From: Macrostomum lignano
Taxonomy: Eukaryota
Direction of reading: 5' to 3'
Length of the DNA stretch: 64,000 bases
NCBI GenBank assembly: GCA_002269645.1
Contig: NIVC01001931.1
Span: forward strand, 26,292 to 90,291
Each line of letters starts with the position of its first letter. Within the stretch, counting starts at the first letter, position 1. Below, piece after piece: positions 54,263 through 64,000 of this stretch. The notes beneath the pieces are model-generated. The model worked only from the letters and a program-made list of their open reading frames with translations, searched no databases and was not told the origin of the DNA. The position numbers and the translations under genes are program-made.

Positions 54263-55233
54263 GCGGCTGAAACTCTGGTCATGAGTTGGCACGCTCAGAT
54301 GGGGTATATCGGAGCCGGAAATAATTAGCATGTATAGTCGGGCCAGTGCGAGACTCGGACTTATCTACCTTTAAGTACAATTAAAATTAAAATTCAAATT
54401 CAAATCAACAAAATCTCGGAATAATTTCTGTTGAATCACGGATGCCCGTTAGCAGGACATCGCGGCCATAATTTCGAAATTATTTACTGGATCATTTTTA
54501 AATTGTTTAATATTTAGCTTTGTCTATTATAATATAATTACAGACAATATTATAATAATGTTACCAGTGCGCGCAGAGTATAAAAGACGGAACGAACTAA
54601 GCATAGAAAGTACACACAGATCGGGCAGTGTTGGGTCCCAGAGCTCAATAGCATTCGAAGTTGTTTGAACTGTGCGGTGAGAACTCTGGGTCTCAGGTTA
54701 ATTGTGTCGCTAAGGAATGCGGCACTGGGTGCTCCAAGCCAGGCCGGTCCAGCATGTACATCAAGAAAGGCCACTTCGTTAACGATCGCTGATAAAAGTA
54801 CAAAATTGGAATGCGTGGGCGTACAACGGACCAACGAGACCCAACGGTTTAAAGTACTACATGATCTGTTAAAAAAAGCAAGACTCAATTAAATTTCATT
54901 ATGCAGAAACAATAACTGTAAAGCCTAGGGAATGTAGTGAATGTTTTAGCAGCAATATACGGGTAAGCAAAATTATGAATAAATAAAAACAACTGGACAC
55001 TTAGGCATGCACTGTTGAAGGAAAACTTTTGGGATAAACAAAGCATTAACAAGGGAGACTTACAAATAGTATTAGCGATTCAGTAACGCAAAACCGAACG
55101 ACAGCAACGCTGCAAAGAAGCATCAAAAGATTGAATTTGCAAATTCACAGCGCGGAGCAGATGGAATGCGAATAATTTTCACCGCATCTGTGCGCTGGAA
55201 CGCCTGGTCCGACCGAAACATGCATGTGAGAAA

Positions 55234-58200
55234 GGTTTGTGGGCGATTCTTTAGGAGCGGCTTGTGGGCGATTCCTTCTGAGCGGCTTGTGGGCGATTCT
55301 TTAGGAGCGGCTTGTGGGCGATTCCTTCTGAGCGGCTTGTGGGCGATTCTTTAGGAGCGGCTTGTGGGCGATTCCTTCTGAGCGGCTTGTATGCGATTCT
55401 TTAGGAGCGGCTTGTGGGCGATTCTTTATGAGCGGCTTGTGGGCGATTCTTTAGGAGCGGCTTGTGGGCGATTCTTTATGAGCGGCTTGTGGGCGATTCT
55501 TTATGAGCGGCTTGTGGGCGATTCTTTAGGAGCGGCTTGTGGGCGATTCTTTATGAGCGGCTTGTGGGCGATTCTTTATGAGCGGCTTGTGGGCGATTCT
55601 TTAGGAGCGGCTTGTGGGCGATTCTTTATGAGCGGCTTGTGGGCGATTCTTTAGGAGCGGCTTGTGGGCGATTCTTTATGAGCGGCTTGTGGGCGATTCT
55701 TTAGGAGCGGCATGTGGGCGATTCTTTGGGAGTGGCTTGTGGGCGATTCTTTGGAGTGGCTTGTGGGCGATTCCTTCTGAGCGGATTGTGGGCGATTCTT
55801 TATGAGCGGCTTGTGGGCGATTCTTTAGGAGCGGCTTGTGGGCGATTCTTTAGGAGCGGCTTGTGGGCGATTCTTTAGGAGCGGCTTGTGGGCGATTCTT
55901 TATGAGCGGCTTGTGGGCGATTCTTTAGGAGCGGCTTGTGGGCGATTCTTTATGAGCGGCTTGTGGGCGATTCTTTAGGAGCGGCTTGTGGGCGATTCTT
56001 TATGAGCGGCTTGTGGGCGATTCTTTAGGAGCGGCTTGTGGGCGATTCTTTGGGAGTGGCTTGTGGGCGATTCTTTGGGAGTGGCTTGTGGGCGATTCCT
56101 TCTGAGCGGATTGTGGGCGATTCTTTGGGAGTGGCTTGTGGGCGATTCCTTCTGAGCGGATTGTGGGCGATTCTTTGGGAGTGGCTTGTGGGCGATTCTT
56201 TAGGAGTGGCTTGTGGGCGATTCTGTGGGAGTGGCTTGTGGGCGATTCTTTAGGAGTGGCTTGTGCGCGATTCTTTGGGAGTGGTTTGTGGGCGATTCCT
56301 TCTGAGCGGATTGTGGGCGATTCTTTGGGAGTGGCTTGTGGGCGATTCTTTAGGAGTGGCTTGTGGGCGATTCTGTGGGAGTGGCTTGTGGGCGATTCTT
56401 TAGGAGTGGCTTGTGCGCGATTCTTTGGGAGTGGTTTGTGGGCGATTCCTTCTGAGCGGATTGTGGGCGATTCTTTGGGAGTGGCTTGTGGGCGATTCTT
56501 TAGGAGTGGCTTGTGGGCGATTCTTTGGGAGTGGCTTGTGGGCGATTCTTTAGGAGTGGCTTGTGGGCGATTCTTTAGGAGCGGTTTGTGGGCGATTCTT
56601 TAGGAGTGGCTTGTGGGCGATTCTTTAGGAGTGGCTTGTGGGCGATTCTTTAGGAGTGGCTTGTGGGCGATTCTTTAGGAGCGGTTTGTGGGCGATTCTT
56701 TAGGAGTGGCTTGTGGGCGATTCTTTGGGAGTGGCTTGTGGGCGATTCTTTAGGAGTGGCTTGTGGGCGATTCTTTAGGAGCGGCTTGTGGGCGATTCTT
56801 TATGAGCGGCTTGTGGGCGATTCTTTAGGAGCGGCTTGTGGGCGATTCTTTATGAGCGGCTTGTGGGCGATTCTTTAGGAGCGGCTTGTGGGCGATTCTT
56901 TGGAGTGGCTTGTGGGCGATTCTTTGGAGTGGCTTGTGGGCGATTCCTTCTGAGCGGATTGTGGGCGATTCTTTGGGAGTGGCTTGTGGGCGATTCCTTC
57001 TGAGCGGATTGTGGGCGATTCTTTGGGAGTGGCTTGTGGGCGATTCTTTAGGAGTGGCTTGTGGGCGATTCTGTGGGAGTGGCTTGTGGGCGATTCTTTA
57101 GGAGTGGCTTGTGCGCGATTCTTTGGGAGTGGTTTGTGGGCGATTCCTTCTGAGCGGATTGTGGGCGATTCTTTGGGAGTGGCTTGTGGGCGATTCTTTA
57201 GGAGTGGCTTGTGGGCGATTCTGTGGGAGTGGCTTGTGGGCGATTCTTTAGGAGTGGCTTGTGCGCGATTCTTTGGGAGTGGTTTGTGGGCGATTCCTTC
57301 TGAGCGGATTGTGGGCGATTCTTTGGGAGTGGCTTGTGGGCGATTCTTTAGGAGTGGCTTGTGGGCGATTCTTTGGGAGTGGCTTGTGGGCGATTCTTTA
57401 GGAGTGGCTTGTGGGCGATTCTTTAGGAGCGGTTTGTGGGCGATTCTTTAGGAGTGGCTTGTGGGCGATTCTTTAGGAGTGGCTTGTGGGCGATTCTTTA
57501 GGAGTGGCTTGTGGGCGATTCTTTAGGAGCGGTTTGTGGGCGATTCTTTAGGAGTGGCTTGTGGGCGATTCTTTGGGAGTGGCTTGTGGGCGATTCTTTA
57601 GGAGTGGCTTGTGGGCGATTCTTTAGGAGCGGCTTGTGGGCGATTCTTTATGAGCGGCTTGTGGGCGATTCTTTAGGAGCGGCTTGTGGGCGATTCTTTA
57701 TGAGCGGCTTGTGGGCGATTCTTTAGGAGCGGCTTGTGGGCGATTCTTTGGGAGTGGCTTGTGGGCGATTCTTTGGGAGTGGCTTGTGGGCGATTCCTTC
57801 TGAGCGGATTGTGGGCGATTCTTTGGGAGTGGCTTGTGGGCGATTCCTTCTGAGCGGATTGTGGGCGATTCTTTGGGAGTGGCTTGTGGGCGATTCTTTA
57901 GGAGTGGCTTGTGGGCGATTCTGTGGGAGTGGCTTGTGGGCGATTCTTTAGGAGTGGCTTGTGCGCGATTCTTTGGGAGTGGTTTGTGGGCGATTCCTTC
58001 TGAGCGGATTGTGGGCGATTCTTTGGGAGTGGCTTGTGGGCGATTCTTTAGGAGTGGCTTGTGGGCGATTCTGTGGGAGTGGCTTGTGGGCGATTCTTTA
58101 GGAGTGGCTTGTGCGCGATTCTTTGGGAGTGGTTTGTGGGCGATTCCTTCTGAGCGGATTGTGGGCGATTCTTTGGGAGTGGCTTGTGGGCGATTCTTTA

Positions 58201-59162
58201 GGAGTGGCTTGTGGGCGATTCTGTGGGAGTGGCTTGTGGGCGATTCTTTAGGAGTGGCTTGTGCGCGATTCTTTGGGAGTGGTTTGTGGGCGATTCCTTC
58301 TGAGCGGATTGTGGGCGATTCTTTGGGAGTGGCTTGTGGGCGATTCTTTAGGAGTGGCTTGTGGGCGATTCTTTGGGAGTGGCTTGTGGGCGATTCTTTA
58401 GGAGTGGCTTGTGGGCGATTCTTTAGGAGCGGTTTGTGGGCGATTCTTTAGGAGTGGCTTGTGGGCGATTCTTTAGGAGTGGCTTGTGGGCGATTCTTTA
58501 GGAGTGGCTTGTGGGCGATTCTTTAGGAGCGGTTTGTGGGCGATTCTTTAGGAGTGGCTTGTGGGCGATTCTTTGGAGTGGCTTGTGGGCGATTCTTTAG
58601 GAGTGGCTTGTGGGCGATTCTTTAGGAGCGGTTTGTGGGCGATTCTTTAGGAGTGGCTTGTGGGCGATTCTTTAGGAGTGGCTTGTGGGCGATTCTTTAG
58701 GAGTGGCTTGTGGGCGATTCTTTAGAAGTGGCTTGTGGGCGATTCTTTAGGAGTGGCTTGTGGGCGATTCTTTAGGAGCGGCTTGTGGACGATTCTTTAG
58801 GAGCGGATTGTGGGCGATTCTTTAGGAGCGGCTTCTGGGCGATTCTTTAGGAGCGGCTTGTGGGCGATTCTTTAGGAAGGAGCGGCTTGTGGGCGATTCT
58901 TTAGGAAGGCGCGGCTTGTGGGCGATTCTTTAGGAAGGAGTGGCTTGTGGGCGATTCTTCAGGAGCGGCTTGTGGGTGATTATTCCTTGTGGGCGTTTCT
59001 TCAGGAGCGGCTTGTGGGTGATTATTCCTTGTGGGCGTTTCTTTAGGAGCGGCTTGTGTGCGATTCTTTAGGAGTGAAGCGGCTTGTGGGCGATTCTTTA
59101 GGAGCGGTGATTATTCCTTGTGGGCGATTCTTTAGGAGCGGCTTGTGTGCGATTCTTTAGGA
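55234..59162. repeat. 25-bp satellite (GCGGCTTGTGGGCGATTCTTTAGGA), about 155 copies, with 150-bp and about 850-bp higher-order repeats
   Basis: ORF-track translations recur every 50 aa (6 monomers) and at offsets 848-850 (56038/56886/57736; 56136/56984/57834; 56663/57511). Confidence 0.95.
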
Positions 59163-59293
59163 TCGATCCTTATCGAACCCTAGGAGTCGATACAAAAGCA
59201 TAATTAAGCTATTAGGAGGGAATTTTCACAAGGAAAATTATGAATAATGTTAATACGCAGAGCAAGTCAGTTACAGAAACATTTCCAAAACAA

Positions 59294-62200
59294 TCAATAA
59301 TGCAGAGCAAGCAGGCGCGCCAGGCCAGCCAGCGCCAGCGCCCACAGGGAAGCGCGCAGCCCGGCGCCGGAACAGATGAACACGTAGCGCACGTCCGGCG
59401 CCTCCCAGCTGGCGCCGGGCACGCAGCGGTCCTTGGGGATGAGCATGAACTGGATCATCGGGCTGCTGTAGGTGCCGATGCCGCCAGACGAATAGGCGTA
59501 CACCCGGAGGTCGTAGCGAGTCTCGCTGGACAAGTAGCGGACCGTCACCTCGTTGCTGAGGCCGGCGTCAACGTCCGTGAAGTTCACGGCTGGGGCGCCC
59601 GTCACCCAGTAGCGCACCTGGCCGGAGCGGGCGTGATGTCAATGAGCACCCCTTCGACGAACTTCAGTTAGCTGCAAATCCCTCCCTTCTGATCCTTCAG
59701 GTAGCTGCTAATCCCTCCCTTCTGATCCTTCAGGTAGCTGCAAATCCCTCCCTTCTGATCCTTCAGGTAGCTGCTAATCCCTCCCTTCTGATCCTTTAGG
59801 TAGCTGCTAATCCCTCCCTTCTGATCCTTCAGGTAGCTGCTAATCCCTCCCTTCTGATCCTTCAGGTAGCTGCTAATCCCTCCTTTCTGATCCTTCAGGT
59901 AGCTGCTAATCCCGCTTTTGTTCTCCTTCAGGTAGCTGCTAATCCCTCCCTTCTGATCCTTCAGGTAGCTGCTAATCCCTCCCTTCTGATCCTTCAGGTA
60001 GCTGCAAATCCCTCCCTTCTGATCCTTCAGGTAGCTGCTAATCCCTCCCTTCTGATCCTTCAGGTAGCTGCAAATCCCTCCCTTCTGATCCTTCAGGTAG
60101 CTGCTAATCCCTCCCTTCTGATCCTTCAGGTAGCTGCTAATCCCTCCCTTCTGATCCTTTAGGTAGCTGCTAATCCCTCCCTTCTGATCCTTCAGGTGAC
60201 TGCAAATCCCTCCCTTCTGATCCTTCAGGTGACTGCAAATCCCTCCCTTCTGATCCTTCAGGTAGCTGCTAATCCCTCCCTTCTGATCCTTTAGGTAGCT
60301 GCTAATCCCTCCCTTCTGATCCTTCAGGTGACTGCAAATCCCTCCCTTCTGATCCTTCAGGTGACTGCAAATCCCTCCCTTCTGATCCTTCAGGTAGCTG
60401 CTAATCCCTCCCTTCTGATCCTTTAGGTAGCTGCTAATCCCTCCCTTCTGATCCTTCAGGTAGCTGCTTATCCCTCCCTTCTGATCCTTCAGGTGGCTGC
60501 AAATCCCTCCCTTCTGATCCTTCAGGTAGCTGCTAATCCCTCCCTTCTGATTCTTTAGGTAGCTGCTAATCCCTCCCTTCTGATCCTTCAGGTAGCTGCA
60601 AATCCCTCCCTTCTGATCCTTCAGGTGACTGCAAATCCCTCCCTTCTGATCCTTTAGGTAGCTGCTAATCCTCCCTTCTGATCCTTCAGGTAGCTGCAAA
60701 TCCCTCCCTTCTGATCCTTCAGGTAGCTGCAAATCCCTCCCTTCTGATCCTTCAGGTAGCTGCTAATCCCTTTTGACGAATTCTTCAGCCGACTGCTAAT
60801 CCCTCTTGACTAATCCTTCAGCCGACTGTTAATCCCTCTTGACTAATCCTTCAAGCGACTGCTAATCCTTCCAGCGACTGCTAATCCCTCTTGACTAATC
60901 CTTCAAGCGACTGCTAATCTTTCTTCACTAATCCTTCAAGCGACTGCTAATCCCTCTTGACTAATCCTTCAAGCGACTGCTAATCTTTCTTCACTAATCC
61001 TTCAAGCGACTGCTAATCCTTCTTCGCTAATTCTTCAAGCGACTGCTAATCCCTCTTGACTAACCCTTCAAGCGACTGCTACTCCCTCTTCCGTGGTCAT
61101 GAGGCGGCCGCCAAACCCCAGTCCCTCACCATATATCCATCCACGCTCTCCTCATTGGGCTGCTGCCGGACGCCGTTCCAGGTGACGCTGATGCTGCTGT
61201 ACTCGCCAGTGCTGTGCACCACCACGTTGGTTGGCAGGTCTGTCGGCCACATCTTATTGGTTGAGACGTCGCGCCAAGAGGACTCGGGCTGTCGCCGGCT
61301 GAGTTGAACAGCTGCACGCTGAAGCAGTAGAAGCTGTCGGCCTCCAGCCCGATCACCTGGCCGTAGGTGGCCTTGCCGTAGGTGGTCTGGCGCTGGGCCA
61401 GCAGCACCTTGTACTTGTTGTTTTCCACGCTGCAAGCGGAGGCGATTCTGGGCCAGTAGACGATGCGGTAGCCGAGGATGTCGCCAACGATGCCATCATA
61501 GTTCAGCGGCGGCTCCCAGAACACGTCAACAGCGGTGGCGTTGAACGGAGTGATCCGGATATTGATGGGGGCGCTGACCGGCACCTGCTCGGCGCTGCGG
61601 AGTCTGCCAAGAGATGATGAGGGAGAAAACTTTTGTAGCAGAATTTTATCCGTTATACTGGATGAGCTTGACAGAGGGGTAGGGACCGAAGGAGAAAGTA
61701 GATTGTGAGGGAGAGAGTAGGGAGTGAAGGAGAGAGTAGGGAGTGAAGGAGAGAGCAGGGAGTGAAGGAGAGAGTAGGGAGTGAGGGAGAGAGCAGGGAG
61801 TGAAGGAGAGAGTAGGTAGTGAGGGAGAGAGCAGAGAGTGAAGGAGAGAGCAGGGAGTGAAGGAGAGAGTAGGTAGTGAGGGAGAGAGCAGAGAGTGAAG
61901 GAGAGAGAGAGAGTATGGAGTGAAGGAGAGAGAGTAGGGAGTGAAGGAGAGAGTAGGTAGTGAGGGAGAGAGCAGGGAGTGAAGGAGAGAGTAGGGAGTG
62001 AGGGAGAGAGCAGGGAGTGAAGGAGAGAGTAGGTAGTGAGGGAGAGAGCAGAGAGTGAAGGAGAGAGAGAGTAGGGAGTGAAGGAGAGAGAGAGTAGGGA
62101 GTGAAGGAGAGAGTAGGTAGTGAGGGAGAGAGCAGGGAGTGAAGGAGAGAGTAGGGAGTGAGGGAGAGAGCAGGGAGTGAAGGAGAGAGTAGGTAGTGAG

Positions 62201-64000
62201 GGAGAGAGCAGAGAGTGAAGGAGAGAGTGAGTAGGGAGTGAAGCAGAGAGTAGGTAGTGAGAGAGAGGGTAGGGAGTGAAGCAGAGAGTAGGTAGTGAGA
62301 GAGAGAGTAGGTAGTGAGAGAGAGAGTAGGTAGTGAGGGAGAGGGTAGGTAGTGAGGTAGATGGTAGGGAGTTAGAGAGAGAGGCAAATACAAACAGGAG
62401 GGCGCGGCTGACCTTATAATGTCAGACCAGGGCCCGGTCAGGCGAGTCTTTGTCTCAACGTTGTTAATTGTTTCAATCTTGACGCTGGCTCCGCGAACCC
62501 TGGCTTCGAACATCTTGAAGCTGATTTCGTTGGTGGCACCGGACAGCACAATGGCGGTCTCCACGTGATCCGGCGGGATGTGCATCGGCTTGCCGACGAT
62601 CCGGCTGGCCTCCAGCCAGTCAGCGTCGCCGACCCGTCTGTACTGGACATCGTAGGTGAAATTGGAGCCGCCCTGGTAGGCTAAAGGAATCTTCTTCCAG
62701 CGAACCACCAGCGTCTTGACCTGCGAGCGGCGATTGCGGGGAGGTTGTCGATTATGCTGATATTACAGCGGGGAATTCAGAGCGATTCTTAAGAATTCAG
62801 AGCGATTCTTGGAAATCAAAGCAATTCTGGGGAATTCAGGGCGATCCTAGAATTTAGAGCGATTCTGGGGAATTCAGGGCGATCCTAGGAATTCAGAGCG
62901 ATTCTGGGGAATTCAGGCCGATTATGGGGAATTCAGAGCGATTCTGGGGAAATCAAAGTAATTCTGGGGAATTCAGGGCGATCCTAGGAATTCAGAGCGA
63001 TTCTGGGGAATTCAGGCCGATTATGGGGAATTCAGAGCGATTCTGGGGAATTCAGGGCGATCCTAGGAATTTAGAGCGATTCTGGGGAATTCAGGGCGAT
63101 CCTAGGAATTCAGAGCGATTCTGGGGAATTCAGAGCGATTCTGGGGAATTCAGAGCGATTCTGGGGAATTCAGAGCGATTCTTGGGAATTCAGAGCGATT
63201 CTGGGGAATTCAAAGCGATTCTGGGGAATTCAAAGCGATTCTGGGGAATTCAGAGCGATTCTTGGAAAATCAAAGCAATTCTGGCGAATTCAGGGCGATC
63301 CTAGGAATTTAGAGCGATTCTGGGGAATTTAGGGCGATAATAGGAATTTAGAGCGATTCTGGGAATTCAGGGCGATCCTAGGAATTCAGAGCGATTCTGG
63401 GTAATTCAGGGAGTTCTTTCGCTTTAGATTTCGTGAGACTACAATTTGAAAATGATCACCCAGGCCTCGCATGGCAACAGAATCTTAATTAAAAGGATTC
63501 GCACCTTGCCGCCGCCGCAGTGATATTCTGCGGCGCCCGGGACGGCGGCCGGACACGGTGACGAACACCTGGCTGGGCGGGCTGGCCAGCCCAACGCCGT
63601 ACACATTGATGGCGCTGACCCGGATGCGGTACTGCTGGTAGAACGGCAGCCCCTTCACCTGGGCCTGCCGCAGGCCCGTGTCCTCGTTTGACCTCTCACG
63701 GACTATGATGTCCTCTGACATTGGCACAGTGCTGTGGACTGTCCACTGGCCCGGGTTGACTGCCAGCTCCAGCTCCAGCTGGTAGGCGGTGATGGGGCTC
63801 TGGTGGCTGTGCCCGACCGCCAGCGGATGTTGAACACCGTGCTGTTGATGGACGGCACTTCCACGCCAGCGCAGGGTCCGGGCGGACCGGCCACGCGGAG
63901 GTAGGGACCTCTCCTCGTGCCCAGCGGCGTCTGGGCCTGGCAGGTGTAGTTGCCTGCGGTGGGTGCGACTTCAGCTGGTCTCACACTGAACCTTCAGCTG
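59294..64000 (-). CDS. Cont: Contactin-like GPI-anchored Ig/FNIII cell-adhesion protein, 3' part (last Ig plus 4 FNIII plus GPI signal); exons >64000-63505, 62720-62413, 61603-61130, 59617-59294; four apparent 1-nt losses
   Basis: AGNYTCQAQTPLG...YLRVAGPPGPC is the contactin Ig6-FN1 junction. FN1-2 linker restores to RPSRAPQNITGGGGK|VKTLVVRW. Four FNIII units (YRIRVSAINVYG, FEARV, FSVQLFNSAG, YDLRVYAYSSGG) and a hydrophobic C-terminus SGAGLRASLWALALAGLARLLALHY* with no cytoplasmic tail. GT-AG introns with matching phases. The gene continues beyond the window. Confidence 0.85.
59668..61090. repeat. 33-bp minisatellite (CTTCAGGTAGCTGCTAATCCCTCCCTTCTGATC), about 33 copies, followed by a related degenerate unit (about 60780-61090), filling the last contactin intron
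   Basis: Direct inspection; the 354-aa DQKGGISSYLK ORF is a by-product of the 33-bp period. Confidence 0.95.
61690..62385. repeat. Polypurine minisatellite (GGAGAGAGTAGGGAGTGAA variants) filling contactin intron 61604-62412
   Basis: Direct inspection; almost purely G/A with sparse T/C. Confidence 0.9.
62770..63410. repeat. 20-bp minisatellite (GGGGAATTCAGAGCGATTCT) filling contactin intron 62721-63504
   Basis: Direct inspection. Confidence 0.9.

Noticed and set aside
53564-58451. VVSRLWYRGCGIEA and GDSLGVACGRFF repeat proteins
   Set aside because: Translations of the 14-bp and 25-bp satellites.
59668-60732. 354-aa DQKGGISSYLK repeat protein
   Set aside because: A 33-bp period keeps the frame open by arithmetic; it lies inside a contactin intron bounded by phase-matched GT-AG sites.
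61653-62412. Ser/Leu/Pro-rich extension of ORF 61653-62708 as a mucin or TM region
   Set aside because: Read-through past the AG|GTCAGC donor at 62413 into a polypurine intron repeat; the spliced frame continues correctly at 61603.

Overview
Eukaryotic (metazoan, probably invertebrate) genomic DNA with spliceosomal GT-AG introns, GC-rich exons and extreme minisatellite and transposon content. The style resembles Macrostomum-type flatworm assemblies, but the species is inference only. Four protein-coding genes can be reconstructed. On the minus strand: UBE2K (2 exons), RNF121 (4 visible exons) and the 3' half of a GPI-anchored contactin (last Ig domain plus 4 FNIII domains). On the plus strand: a 2-exon, 87-aa secreted prepropeptide at 51946-52631 that the ORF track misses. 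It has a signal peptide, a propeptide ending R-M-R, and a mature C-X6-C-X9-CC-X5-C-X9-C cystine knot whose spacing matches six-Cys fungal CBM1 domains; this is the best candidate for something undescribed. The centre (30166-51334) is a 21-kb head-to-tail array of four non-autonomous Helitron units (A|TC...hairpin-CTAG|T). Each carries a tRNA-derived Pol III cassette (A box, B box, oligo-T terminator) next to a 23-bp satellite. Other elements: two inverted copies of a 2.5-kb CMC/CACTA-type element nested in a hAT MITE and in the Helitron, an internally deleted LTR element, CpG-decayed LINE and Penelope remnants including a fossil hammerhead ribozyme, and many private minisatellites. RNF121 and contactin carry six single-base losses that look like long-read consensus errors. 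No prokaryotic genes, rRNA, functional tRNA or CRISPR arrays are supported.
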